Of a stretch of DNA of 64,000 bases, positions 38,401 to 52,200 are shown piece by piece. Source of the stretch: Ophelia neglecta (Eukaryota); the NCBI GenBank assembly GCA_965285935.1, contig OZ260663.1, forward strand, positions 13,454,001-13,518,000. The letters are read 5' to 3'. The position numbers and the translations under genes were made by a program. Within the stretch, counting starts at the first letter, position 1. Every line of letters begins with the position of its first letter. The notes below the pieces were generated by a model. The model did no database searches and was not told the origin of the DNA. It saw only the letters and a list, made by a program, of their open reading frames with translations.

Positions 38401-41400
38401 CCCTTTATTCCTTAACAATTAAATATCCTGTCCACGTTTAAAACCGTTTACATTAACCAAATTGTGCAGTGATACACTTATGATGGGGGCGTACTTGCTG
38501 TGAATGAAATAAGCAACAAAGGTATTACGATTCCAAAGGATAATACACACTTCGGTGAAAGGAAACACATATTGGAGGGTTTGAGGGGGGGGGGGGGAGG
38601 TGGCCGTTTAGCTTATAACATTATCTGAAACATCCGTTAAACATATCTTTCTTTTATATTCCACGTGTAGGTGGGGGGGGGGGGGGCATTGGGAAAGAGA
38701 GATCACCCGCATACTGATCAATTGAATTACTGATTGCCTGTTCATGGACTATAACCAATACTAAACAAAACATGCCCTAGTCAAGCAAATTTAAATCCTT
38801 GTTCCCCAATCACGGACAAATGTCAAATCTCGAATCAGAAAATTTAACCTTAAATTCCTGACCACCTCCTCATTTAGAGTTAGCTAAAACGCTGTAAATC
38901 CTTCTTATTTGAAAGATTCACAGGTTAAATAATAGTTCGAAGAATACATAGAGATCTCTACCGACTCCTTGTTCCGCCACTACAATATAATATTGATTTG
39001 CGCTGGTACAAAGTTTACCAAGCAGCAAGTTACATTAAACTGGTTCACAGATTATCAAAAGGCCGATCTCGAGCGTCCAGGATTTACCCCTAACGCCCCG
39101 CTATTATAGCGGGAACATATTTATATTTACAATTGTGTGTGTCTAATAACATGGTTTTATAATTTCTGCCTCTAGTGTGTATTTTATTCTCCACGGCTTT
39201 GTCAGTGCATATAAGCTTTGAGAAAAACACCAATTAGTCAAAGTTAATTTGCCAGCCGGCGTTTTGTGTCAGTCTGATTGCCAAATTACATTGGCTAAAT
39301 TTTCGAAGTGACGCGCTGGTCACGCGAAGTGAGTACACAGGTGCATGCCTTTGAAATGAAAGATGCGGGTTTAGTGATTAATTATGCACGTCAAAGACCA
39401 ACTTTTCATATAAAGAACGAATGTGAAATCCGTTTATATCTAAAGAAAGGACTGCGTTTGAGTATATGATGAATCTGTCGCAGTAAGTTCCGGGTAATGC
39501 AGCTAATCCGACCTAAGGCTAGCTTCAAATAAATAAGGTCATGGTGCGGTTTTCTCGAAAGCGGTAGATTGCAATGTGGTTTTCATTTTGTATATCTTTT
39601 CACATCTGAAATGTTCTTAGCACCCAGCCCCCCCCCCCCTCACCACCATCCCCACCCCGATATTAAATGGTCCGCCCCTGACCTTCACGATGCCTTTCTC
39701 AACCTCGATACTTAGCCAAGGAAATAGTAAATGTTGTTAAAAAACAAATTCGATCACTGTATTTGATTTAACACGTAACCTACATTAGGGGCTAAATCGA
39801 ATATCTGAAGTGCCTATTGTTAACAACATGCCAATTACATCAGAATGCCTAACTAAGAAACACAGTGAACACTACTAAGCTTATCACTTTAGTATCTCTT
39901 TCAGTTAAAGACAGAGCAGGCGCTAGTGTACCATTGCCGCTCGTTGATCTGTACATTTTCCTGTGAGGTCCTATGAGGTGTGCTCTAGATTAACACTGAG
40001 GGCCGGTGCGGACCTCAGGTTGGGCTGTGGTACTTATGCTAAACCAAGCCACTTGTACCTTGCCTATAATTATATATTTTTTGTAAAAACATTAAACTAG
40101 TAAGATAATTACTGATAAAAGCGTACAGAGAAAAAATGATTGGATAGTTGGCAAAAAGGCAGAATCATTAAACAATAACAGTCCATTTGATAATCGGGCA
40201 CCAGCAGCCACATGCCCTGTCAATCATCAGCTGTGAAACAATGAAAAAAAAGGTCATGCTAATACAAAGAACTATAATATTGATTTTACCTGTGATGCGA
40301 AGGACTCATGACTTTTCGGGGATGCTAGCCGGAACATAAATCCTGCGGGTCAGAGGTCAACTTATGGCAGAAATCATTCCATAATTTTGTTCTAAATCAA
40401 CCATGTTGTTTAGGCAGCAGATTCCAACTGAATTGTCCGACAATGTCTTTGAAATTACTTTACAAAAGCACAGAATCAGAACAGTAGAAGGTTAAACGAG
40501 CGGACAACTACAAATAGAGTGCAATTCCTGCTTCTTAACGCTACAGGTATTATTTCAAACAAAATCGAAAAAAAGGTTACACGGAAGCACAAGGATATAT
40601 TTAGAAGGCAATCTATAGCTTGTGTCTTCAGTTAACCCGTGGAAGCTACCAATTTACTTTTAAGTCGTATAGATTATATTTTTCTCAGTAAATAGTGTTG
40701 TCATATATCGTATGTACGTATTGATTAATAATGACTGTTGATCTTATTTAGTATCCGCTGGGCATTGCTCACTCTATTTTACAGGGTCTCATAGGATGTT
40801 GGCAGCCAGCGGAGACTAAGTTGTGCAATGGAGGGCTTTTGGCTGCCAAGATAGTATGGTGGCATTTGGTACATGTCTTTCAGTCAATATGTGCAATGTG
40901 GAAATAGGAACCTTTGGAATTGACAAATCAAAATCATATTTTACCTTAGAGGAGGGTAAATTGTCAAAAATGCCAGACATGGATTAGCCTGAATGTTATT
41001 ATGCTTTGAAAACTTTTTTTCCTTGATAAGGGTGTGTTCATTTACTGTGCGATAATGAAGGAACAACAAGTGAATAACATAAACACAAAATAAGATTAGT
41101 TTGCATGTCTCTGTATGTAAACTTGCGTACGAACCTGCATTTCAAGGTAAAAGATAAGTACAATGTTAGCCCCCACGTGACTGAATTATAAGTGAAGGGT
41201 TTACACCTATCATTAATAACAAACAAGCACACGCCTTTCAAGTGACATGAATATTTCCCAGGGGTATATAGTGAACATTGTCTTTGTTACCTACCAATCA
41301 TTGCGCAAAGGAATAAATATGGGTCATATCCGTCCAAACTGTCGAGAACCCAATGATAAATAGCCTTCATTAGCATCCATAATAATCCCAAACATGTTAT

Positions 41401-42401
41401 TTGTTTGATAACAATTGCCCGCGGCTATGGCTGCCATCGTGCCTGTATGACATTGTTTACCGTGGCATTCATTCATATAATATATGATTGAATTGAAGCT
41501 TGTTAATATGACTGTGTGCCATACACTCACACACACACTCACACACACGTGTATTGCAATACCCAAGTCGAAGCTAAATTTGCTAATCTAATTTTAATTG
41601 GTTGGACATTTGCAAATAGGAAGAGCAATGAGTACAGTAATTTCAACAATAGTACATGGGTCGTTTATGAACGTGGCTCTCTAATGCTCTTATTATGAAC
41701 TTAATACCAAACTTCGTTTCGGATATTCGTTTATAATCTTCCTTCCAAATGTCTTCACAGCAGCAGCTGGTCAGAAAGATGTCCGACGGCGAGCAGATAT
41801 ATCGGGCTTATATAAATATGTTCATGGCGTGATGAGTGAACATCGTATTTCCAGAAATAATCGAGTGTTAATTGATATCGCTCTTCGCTCATATACTCAG
41901 CACGTGATTCTCCTATTCCTATGCCACTTTACGGCTTTCTTCGTTTGTTATTGACATGTTACCATGAGAAAGTATGTTAGCAGACGACACCATCGGTTCT
42001 CATGGTTATATATCAATAACAATTAGGCTCAACTAACATACGTAACAGCTAGTTCATACCCATGTTTACAGCTATTTCGTAAGAGATATTAAGCTTGAAG
42101 GCTTGCAAAGCAATACTGTAGATGTACACTAATAATAGGCGATCCCCTTCAAGGGTCACTAATACAAATGCGATGCATGCGTGTATGACCAAAGCTATGA
42201 GAACGTAAAATTTGTATTGTAACAGTATTCTTTTCAGCTGATGCAAAACTGCTTATTCCTGGTACTCGATCTGTCCATGAAGACACATGATCTATTCATA
42301 GAAAACTAGCAACTGTGCTAACCTTTCCACTTTGCTAATTTAATTCATTTTCACTCAGCATTGTTCCTCTTAGTCTTTCCATGTTAACATTCTTTCTGCA
42401 G

Positions 42402-44719
42402 GTGCCAATGGAGACAACTGCCGTAAAAACTGTTGAAGACGTTTATACAGTGCCACAGCATATATTTTCTTCTGCCTACATTGGACCATGGTAAGGATCA
42501 TTGGTGCTGACTAAAATGATGGTCAGCTGAACTCAAGGTATAGGTCAGTTTCGAGGTTGTTTAATGCTATGTTACAGTTAACAGGTCTTGGACCTTTGCC
42601 AGCCTATGTTTCTTAACCGTTACTGACAGGTTTTCGTCAGCCAGCCTTTTTATCTTTCCATGCCTCTGCGAGTAACACGCATGACGAGTAGCGCTCTTTC
42701 ATGTTCACATTTATACTTGTTTGTGCGATGGAGGGGATTATTCATCAGTTAATCTAAGTAAGAACAAATTGGAATATAGGGCAGCTAGATCAAAGCATAA
42801 ACTAGAAAACCACGATAAAGCAGCATTCGGCCAGATACTGCTCGAGGCCCGAGAGAGCTTAGAGTATAACCAAGCCCAATGCTCTCATTGGAGTATATTT
42901 TAATTCTGTTCAACTTTGTGGTCTGGTTCAATGAGTATTATAAATGAGAATGCCTTCTCGCCGGTTACTTTCTTGTTGAAATCAATCCTTAAGTGTAATA
43001 CAATTGATAATGCTGCCATATTTTGGTGAGCTTATCAAATTTCAACGATTTTAATTAAGCGAATGTTGTCCATTCGTCAATATATATCACTCGTGATTAA
43101 CGGCTCATACTTTCGCCAAATCCTGATAACTACCCACTGGCTTGTCTGTAACAGAATGTCTCTTATATGTCGCCCGGACACAAAGGGCAAACCCTGGCAC
43201 ATGGATTCAATCCCACGGAACTGATCATGAACAAACAAACATGGTGAACCTAACAAGTCATAATTACAAAACCCATTCTATGATCAAGGCAATATCATGC
43301 CCTCTAAGATATTGTTGTAATAATTACTCCTTTGAACTACATATTAGCATCAGGGCACATGAATGCCTCTTCTTTGGTCCATCACATTATTTACCACTTA
43401 CATAAGAAGCTCTGCCAGGCCTTTCTTGACAGTGAAGGTTTATAGACTAAATGAACCCTATGTCTTATGTCATTTCGGCCTATACCATTAAGTCGTGTTT
43501 TCGATATAAGCGCACTTTATTGTGTCACAGTGGACACCCACTGATATCTTCGCTACTTGTTTAAGCTATTGAAGCAAGAAGGACACACCTTTTATATAGT
43601 ATATTTTCTCAACACTTATTATATTAAAAACGAGACTGACACATAATTGACAGTACATGCGAAGCACTGTAATAGTAATAAACGTGTTTTGTTTCCGGTT
43701 TTATTTTCAATATATCTGAAATAGATGCTGAACCTTACAAGTCCGCCGCGCGCCCCGCACACGCCTTTCCGATCCTTCTATGCGCGGCTATATGATTGCT
43801 CACAACGCTACTTCCCTTCACTAGACAGAGGAAAGAGCACCCAGCGAAAATCAGTATGCTCGAGTGACTGGTGCAATCACGGGGGATTCTCTTGGCTCAA
43901 CAAGTTGCCAAATCAGCTTTAACAGCCACATGATCATGTAAAATTTGTACGAGTTGAGAGCACTGAGCTAACATGAGGAGAGATATTTAAGAAAGAAAAA
44001 GACGCGAGCGTTAATAAGCTGTCAGTAAATCCTGCTTCACCTTGCAAACTTTGGATTATTTGTTATGATGGCAAGCGTCTTATTATCGCATGCAATCAAT
44101 CGATCGTTTTGTTCGGAACCACATGTTGGGTAACTAAGGGAACTATATTTCCACGACTTAGCCAACTTAAACAGGTGCGTAAGTTTATCCGGATTTTTTA
44201 AAAGCTTATATAATGTTGATATAAATATAATTCTATATTTTCAGATTTCGCACTTAATAAAAGGCATGATGGTGATTCTATATCATTATGTATGAATCAT
44301 TAAAATTTAGTTAAACAATGCAGTCATGAGTATTAAAATATAAATCAACATATGACCCATTTGTTCATTTGGTCACCTTGTTAAATAATGTGTTTTATAT
44401 CATTGCAGGATACCGATACCCTTGGGACGAGATATAGACAGGGACATGTGTTGTCTTAAAAGGGGTGCCATGTTCTCCTGAAGCGCATCCGCTTGAATCT
44501 ACGCGGGATTAAGGTCTGACATATTACAATACAAAATTTCCAACTAGAAATACCTACATAGGTATAAAGCAAGATGTTAAAGATAGTTTCACACATTTCG
44601 AACATTCAATAATTCGTCCATTAGCCCTGATGCTTATATTGTCGGCCGCCAGATGTAAAACTAGCCACTTGAACCTTCAGCGTCTATAGTAGTATATTTG
44701 GCTGTGTTAACTAAAAACC
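42402..44719 (+). other. Candidate spliced 5' UTR of the GPCR
   Basis: Strong acceptor tctttctgcag|42402 and donor 42490|gtaagg. Donor at 44174|gtgcgt (or 44178|gtaagt) and acceptor cattgcag|44409 ahead of the coding exon. Splice-site consensus only; no transcript evidence. Confidence 0.3.
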
Positions 44720-45934
44720 ATGGAATTGTTCGACATAGGAACATTTCTTCACAATTACAGCTCAGTTGTTTTTAACATTAGCAATATTTCTATCGAAATA
44801 GGCAATGTTGATTCATATGAGGCTTCACCAACTAACAAACCTCCCATGGATGGATTCTATGTATCAAATGGGGTGTGTTTACCAATAGTTGGAGTGATTG
44901 GCGTGATTGGCAACCTTCTGAATCTTGCGATTCTTTCTTGGCGCTACCACAAGCGGGAAACGGATGTCCTAGAACGAAGTGCCCTTCTTGGGCTGATAGC
45001 ATTGGCCGTTTCTGACCTATGTTTCTGCCTGTTGCTACTTCCGAATGCATTGTATTATCGCCCAAAGGCTTTATTTTACAGCAAAGGATTTGCATATTTC
45101 TATAAAGTATACGGTTTGTATTTCCAAAATGTATTTATAAAAACTTCAACATGTCTAACAATGGTAATTGCCGCCGCCCGTTACGTAGGAATTTGTCATC
45201 CTCTTCATGCAAGACTTTTCGTCGGGTTGTTTGGAACGAAGGTAGCTATAGTATCTACCTTTGCCTTGTGGCATTTGCTCATGCTGCCCATGATGTGGAC
45301 CTATCACGTTCAAGAACTGCCGCTCACTAATTCTTCATCGTTGATTTTGTTGGACATGGGACATTTAGTGACAAATTCCAAAATGGGTTTATCATTCACA
45401 TATTTGTGGGCGATAACTGGATTTTTCATCCCAATGGCCGTTCTTACGTACTGCAATTTGAGTCTGATAAAAGCTCTACGCGAAAGCCGCCGTTTACGCG
45501 CTACTTCAGCTCGTACAACACCAGCGGGACGACATTCTAACTACCGCATAACTATAACCTTAATAGTATTGATTATGATGTTTATGATTCTTGTTTCGCC
45601 ATCAGAAATACTTCATTTCTATACGGCAGTTGCGCACATCGTATCATATAAATCCTTTGAAAATGCTATAATTATTACCAATATACTTCAGGCGCTCAAT
45701 TTTGCATTTCACTTTGTACTGTACTGTGCTGTGAATGTCACCTTCAGACGTACGTTAGTGTCTTTATTCTACGCTACGCTGCGCAAGTTACGCCTGCGCG
45801 GAAAATTGAACAAGCAATCGACTCGTTTCACGGCCCTTTCTCGGTCGTCAATCGGTCAAACCTCTGTAACTGGAGTCTCAGTCAACAGATGTGGTAACAG
45901 CTTTACACTAAATAGGATGGAGACGATTGTCTAA
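44720..45934 (+). CDS. Rhodopsin-class (class A) GPCR, FMRFamide/sex-peptide-receptor-like, single coding exon
   Basis: 404 aa, Kozak-like aaaaccATGG, N-terminal N-glycosylation sites, seven hydrophobic helices. Motifs: TM1 GVIGNLLN, TM2 LAVSD, TM3 ARYVGICHP, TM5 FFIP, TM6 VSP, TM7 NFAFHFVLY. S/T-rich tail ending ETIV. Confidence 0.95.
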   Translation: MELFDIGTFLHNYSSVVFNISNISIEIGNVDSYEASPTNKPPMDGFYVSNGVCLPIVGVIGVIGNLLNLAILSWRYHKRETDVLERSALLGLIALAVSDLCFCLLLLPNALYYRPKALFYSKGFAYFYKVYGLYFQNVFIKTSTCLTMVIAAARYVGICHPLHARLFVGLFGTKVAIVSTFALWHLLMLPMMWTYHVQELPLTNSSSLILLDMGHLVTNSKMGLSFTYLWAITGFFIPMAVLTYCNLSLIKALRESRRLRATSARTTPAGRHSNYRITITLIVLIMMFMILVSPSEILHFYTAVAHIVSYKSFENAIIITNILQALNFAFHFVLYCAVNVTFRRTLVSLFYATLRKLRLRGKLNKQSTRFTALSRSSIGQTSVTGVSVNRCGNSFTLNRMETIV

Positions 45935-46205
45935 AGGACGGTGGCTCAAGGTAAAATGCGAAGTGAATGTTTCTTTTTATCTATGTATGTGTTTGTTTAA
46001 TGTTGTATCGTGGGTGGTTCTTTCAGACTTATCCATACGCGAGCCAAAGCCTTTGTAAACAGTATAACCTATTGTGAGAACAATGACTTTATTTGGTAAT
46101 TTATCGACAATGGTTGAATGGCGTACATTTTGTGCAATATATATTAAGTATTGCATTGGAATTATTCATATATAACTGTTCGGTGTATCTGGTATGCTCA
46201 ATATA

Positions 46206-46211
46206 AATAAA
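46206..46211 (+). terminator. Candidate polyadenylation signal of the GPCR
   Basis: AATAAA ~270 nt after the stop codon, followed by T/GT-rich sequence. Confidence 0.4.
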
Positions 46212-49200
46212 TACTACAAACCTAGAGTTTTGAGACATGGTTATATTTTGTTTCTTAGAAACAACACTTCGGATCCAGATCTTTACAACTTTTAATTGAG
46301 GTACATTTTATCAGTCTCTAATCAAATCCTTACTGATAAATATTACTTTGAGTTTAAAGGTATTTTTTTGAAAAGAGTATTTATCCTATAAAAATGAGAC
46401 TATACATTCACAACCCCCCAGCCCCACTCGCCCGCGGCTTCGTTGCATGCCGTTTAACATGTATTTGTATTGACAAAGCCAGTATATGTCATTAGTTCAA
46501 GATAGTTCATGTGCCGTCTAAAAAGCAGATCAAATATTTCAATTTTCGTCCCTACAATCAGCAAGAAGACTAGAAGAATGTACAACATTTATATTCGTAA
46601 TAGAGTCTGTGGTTTCAATTCATTTAGCGTAGTAAATGGAAACAAGGAAGCTATAGGGAAATTCTCTTAGGCAGTGTTTGCTGCTCTAAAACTCGGTATT
46701 GCTCCTTTAATGAGATATGTGAGTTAGGTTGCATGAGAGTCGTCAATCGATTTTTCTGCCGAGGAGAGATTGCTCCAAGAAAACAAAATCTGGGCATACT
46801 CCTAACCTCTTCTCACCTGAGATGACATTTGTGTTATCTGGAGAAGCCCATGGCTAGGGAAGACATTTCGCCTAATGCCTGGCCAAGGAACCATAAAGCT
46901 ATGTTAAAAAATCGCCAGGGCTGTAATTATGTTAGGTTTTGTGTTGCCTTATTTCCTTGGGCTGAAACGGTATGCTACAGACACACACAACGTACCATTG
47001 TTTAAAACGACTTCTTCCGATTAAGTATAGCTGGGAATAAATTGATATAATGGGTAAATTCGGATTTTAGTCAATATAGAAATAATATATCTGCATATAG
47101 TATGCATTTATGAGTTTTCCATTTAAATATATATTTTTTCTCTATTGGATGTTCTCCAAAAGGCTGTGCGCCATGGAATATCCTCTACCTTGGCCTTAGA
47201 GCACTCATTCATTACTGTAAACCAACATCATTTTTGCGAGCAGTATAATTATGCCTATCATATACCACCACATATTTCGACATTAAATTCCTTTGCTGTG
47301 TAATGTGAGTGAGATTTTCCAATGCAATGAATAGTAGCGTTACATGTAGGAATATCGCATACCGAAAAAGGAATTAATGGGGAAAAAATCGAAAACAAAT
47401 CGGTTTACAGTGTCCTTGTAGTTTAACATGGAACGGCATTTAAAAATCTTGTATTGTCACCTTACAGGCGGTTTTATTGTCATGGAATATCACTAAGTTC
47501 AGTACATCAGTCAAACAGACAAAAGTAATCTCCACAAGATTTGTATATTGCTATTTAAATGAACTAATAACCCATGTGCATGCCAAAAACTCCTATCATG
47601 ACGTGCCTCTTGCTAAGACTTACGCACCTCAGCCGTTGTATTGCTGCGGGGCAGCAACACTTCAATAGTGGACGACGTATCAACGCCTACCAGGCTCGGT
47701 AAAACTATTTGTTAGTAGAGATTTTCTTAATCGTATTTAAGCAGACTGGCAGCGAGCAGGTTCATTATTCATGTTGATCACTTATACTATAAAGCGAATT
47801 ATGTAGATTACGTTTCCTATCACAATTGTGGTGGTCTTTCAGGAAAACCAATTGCCCTTTTTTCTTATACATCGACCCTTATCTTATACAAATAACAGGC
47901 TGGGCCCGGTCATGTTTAGTCAAAACGATCATTATTCAGGATAGGCAAATTTAATATAGATATTCGAATTACTCGATTCAGGTTTACTTGTCGATGAGAA
48001 ACACCTTAGTTTCTATGTGAATTAAGCAGAACGTTCGACCACCTGGGACGAGATTCGTATATTGGTTCTCATTTCACGGGCATGTTCCCTTGGCAGGTGA
48101 ATGGATGAATAAGAATGCTTTATATCCTCATGGGGTTTAGAAGCTGGGAACAGGGTGAATTGCACTTATCTGACCAAAGCCCGCGAAACGTCGGTATTAA
48201 TTAAAGTAACACCAACTCAGGAAACAATTTTGCAAACACATGATGGAATGTGATTAGGCACTTAATTGTGCGGCATCTAAGGACACCCAAATGTTAACGT
48301 AATCTACCGCTTCTGTGTTAACTTTTTAGCACTTGCTGAAGAATGACAAGAACTAAATTTACAATCATATGTGCAAACAGTTTACTATCCACAACAAATG
48401 CTGTAGTCAAAACTGAAATAACTATTTTGCAATAACAATGACATGACGGCTTGTGTAATGAAATTATAAACTTTGTTTTATTACTGTTGCAAAAGATTGG
48501 CCAGTAGGCTTTACCCGAAATATTACGGGTTTAGTTTAAATTGCATGTAGTTACGTTGAATGTCCAGGAAAATAATATTGAGGGAAAAGTGGGATAAACA
48601 TCGGAAAATAAACTAAACTAAACTCATTAGAAGATATACATGTAAGAGTGCTCAAATGCCCAATACTGTTGTATAAACTGTAGCAACAATGAAACATGTA
48701 AACGCAAGTTAAAAGTTGTGCTATAAAATAAAACCACAGTCAAGTGTCATTTAGAGCTGCGGGCAACTGCAGAACAACCACGAGATTGTACCAAATGACA
48801 ATTACAAATGTCTATAGGCCAGTATGAATGCACGGCTTTTTACACGCCATTGGTAGCCAAAAACTCAAATAACGACCAGCATCATGAGATAAGGACATTT
48901 TGTGTGACATCCGTTTTACTGAGCTCAGTAGCGCAGAGACAACTCTCCTCACTTACCTTTTCCTTATAGTGTTAGTACACCACTATATATACTATACACT
49001 CATAACTATTACTGCATTGGATTTGATTACGTGTCCAAATTTCGGACGAAATATTCATCAAGTAATGGTGGTAGACTTCTGGAGATCATTAGCTCATTCA
49101 TTGATTTAATTCATAACTAAGCAGAGAAGCTACATTTTAAATACATATATGAAAAATTGTGTATATTCAAACTGAATGAATGAACAATGAATTAATGAGT

Positions 49201-52200
49201 GAATAATGAGAAATGACAATTTCCAATAAACTATATGTGATTTGCGTTTTACAGTTTGCATGCTTGTTGCATTTGTAATATCCTACAAGAATTGGAGGCA
49301 GTGTCTTCCGTGTTGACATTTGCAGCCTTTACATTGTCGTTTGAGTACTGTATGGACTGTAATAAGTCCATCTTTTGATAATGTTTACTATCATAAAGCT
49401 GCACATAAGTATCTCATATATTGGATATGTTCTTCTCTTTGAAATTCTCCTTTGAAATGCGTGGAAAGTTTTCATCCCACATTCGAAATATCGCTCTGTT
49501 CGGAACAATACATCGCAATGAAGATGGCATGTGAAGCACATCACAACGTAATATCGATATGTGAATTGGCCTTGTAAATCAGGAATTATTCATCAAATCG
49601 GTCAGAATAATCAGACACTGTAGGCTGTTGCCAGACATATGTCAATGCCAGGAAATCATCGTGACTAAGGTAAAGTACGCCCTAGGTCTATCTCCCTAAT
49701 AGCTGACACATAAATGTGTTTTCACAAACTGAAGGGCGGGTTTAAAATGTCAAAGAAAAATGATATCACATCTCCCCAATAGCGCAATATAATTTTCATT
49801 ATATCACAAAACCCAGTCACGCTTTTGTATGATTGAACACATGTATCTACGTCGTTAGATGATATACATATATATATATATATCTATATCTTGTATTATT
49901 GTGTTCGAAAATAAAATAATTCTTTTAATATTAATTAGCTATGTCTATTGGCATCGTCGAACATCATTTTTGGTGCTTTTTGATATATATGTGGTCACTA
50001 GTGTTAATCAATATTTACCCTTTCCAAGAGCAGGCTTAAGCATTGTTCTATGCTCCAAGACTAGCACATCATTAGTTCCGAAATATAAATTATTTTGTTG
50101 TATAAGTCACATCATATTCCGAGTGGAGAAAGAAGTGTTCGCAGTGAAAAGAACAGTTACCTAAGGCTAGTATTAAGATATGGCCGGCTAGGTATGAACG
50201 GAATCATTAAATGAACGTGTGTATGCAACTGGGGGGGGGGGGGGAGTGGCAATAATTGTCAATTCTGGCACATGGTTTGTGTTTAATGGATCCCGTGGTG
50301 CCGTCGGAGAAATCTGTGTTGTCTGCTAATAATTGGTGTTGTTTGCGCGTGTCCATAGAAAAACAGCACAGCCCCCGATTTCAGAAATGGGTTAAACATG
50401 GGAACCAATGTTCAAAAAAGATGTGGTGCTTAAGTAAGCATTATTTATCTGTATTATTTAAGCACAGCTGGGTTTATTGTAAAGCATATGTTGTGATTGC
50501 ATAAATGATATTGGTAACATCAATTGTAATGCATAACATTTGTTTTACAAAAAAAGCGATCGAATTTCTGCCAAAAAGAAATAAAAAGCACGCACAATCT
50601 GACACGTGTGAAGGAACAATGCAAATAATAATAAGCAACAGCCGACTGTACATTCGTTAGGGTCAGTTTCATTATGTAATTTAGACACTTCGCCCGACAA
50701 TGCCATATTTTCCTACACCGGTTGTTTGTCGCCTCTGAGGTAGACTGGTAAACGTACTGCAAGACAATGTTCATTATATGGCATCTAATGAGAATCCAGG
50801 GCATGGCTAGTTTGGCAAGGGATGTCGGGATATAGTATTTCTTAAACTTGTGAATGGCGTGGTAGTACACCAGTCCTGTTTCAAAAAATGTCCCCCCAAT
50901 CATGCCCTGTGGTTTCTAGTTAACATCAATGAGATCGAAGGTGCCATGAGACCTACTCCAGACGCTATCTATACATCTACATGTTGTACCTCTGAAAAAT
51001 GTGTGTCCAATGTCCCATGGCAATTCACAACATTTTATGGTTTCTGTTAAATTCTGACCTATTTAATTGTCTATTCTCTTTGGCTGATTTGACATTATCT
51101 GCAAGTCTCTTCTGCCGGTCTCTATAATCTATCTAGGCATCGGTTTGCACATATGACGCCCTCCAGTATAAAAAAAATGAATCGTAGCCTGTCCAAATTA
51201 AACATTGATCCCATTTTCCGCGAGGCATCCAGCAGTTTCCTAGAGGGTGGGAGGCCAACGGCAAAAAAAAATAGTTGCGACTCGATAGCGTTAAGATGGA
51301 GTACTAGAATTAAAACATAGGCCACCAGTGTATTTCATAATCAGACTCAATCGTCGATATGATTATATTAGTTGAAACTAGACTAGACTATTTAAACAAA
51401 CTGAAAAGTATCTAAAAACTTCAGTATAAGAGTTACAAATACACACTAACGACATTATTCTATAACATCTTTACCTACGGTCATGTTACTTGATCCGATG
51501 TTGATAAGGTTGGTAACTGTAGTACATAATGGCCCTCGCACAAATAATGCTGAGACATTCTATATTTGTTCAGATGTAGCTTTCAACAAATCTTGGCTAA
51601 GGCATTGCTATTTCATACATTACTTTCACTAAACAAAAAGGCATTTACAGCCGAGTGAGCCACACAGCATATCTCAGCATGTAGCCAACGCAAAGAATTT
51701 TTCTGCTTCGCCTGCTGGTACCACGGAACAATCATACCGATAACAATAAATTGAATGGACTTCAATAAATTATAGCAATGAATAGGGTGATTATGAGCCA
51801 GGATACAGCCAGGCTACATGTACATAAACTATCATTATCATATGTCAGTTGAACAAGATATATAATTGTGCACAGCTATTGGAACCACCGGTCGAACGGA
51901 CAATTTTGAAGTATGAAATGGCATAAGCAAACTTGTGGCATAATTAATTAAATTTTAAACTTAACTAGGTTTTCCTGGATTTTCTCGACAGGGGCTGCAA
52001 TATCCATGTTAACTTTTCATTTGACACTTCATGTAATAAAGGAGTTTAATTGTTCAATCACCGTTGGTTCAAAGGAAATAAACCAATATTTATACACATA
52101 AACTTTAATGTTATGAAGTAATTCCCATTCAACTGCCTTTCATTTTATTATGAACAGAATAGTATACCAATTATGTTTTATAAAAAAAATGCACAGATCA

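Noticed and set aside
39960-40020. tgaggtcc/ggacctca stem; also short palindromes at ~36077, ~54327 and ~57067
   Set aside because: Stems of 6-12 bp are expected by chance in 64 kb, and no ncRNA family motif was recognised.
50865-51333. Possible Tc1-like MITE (tacacc... / ...cagtgta)
   Set aside because: Terminal similarity is too weak to define TIRs.
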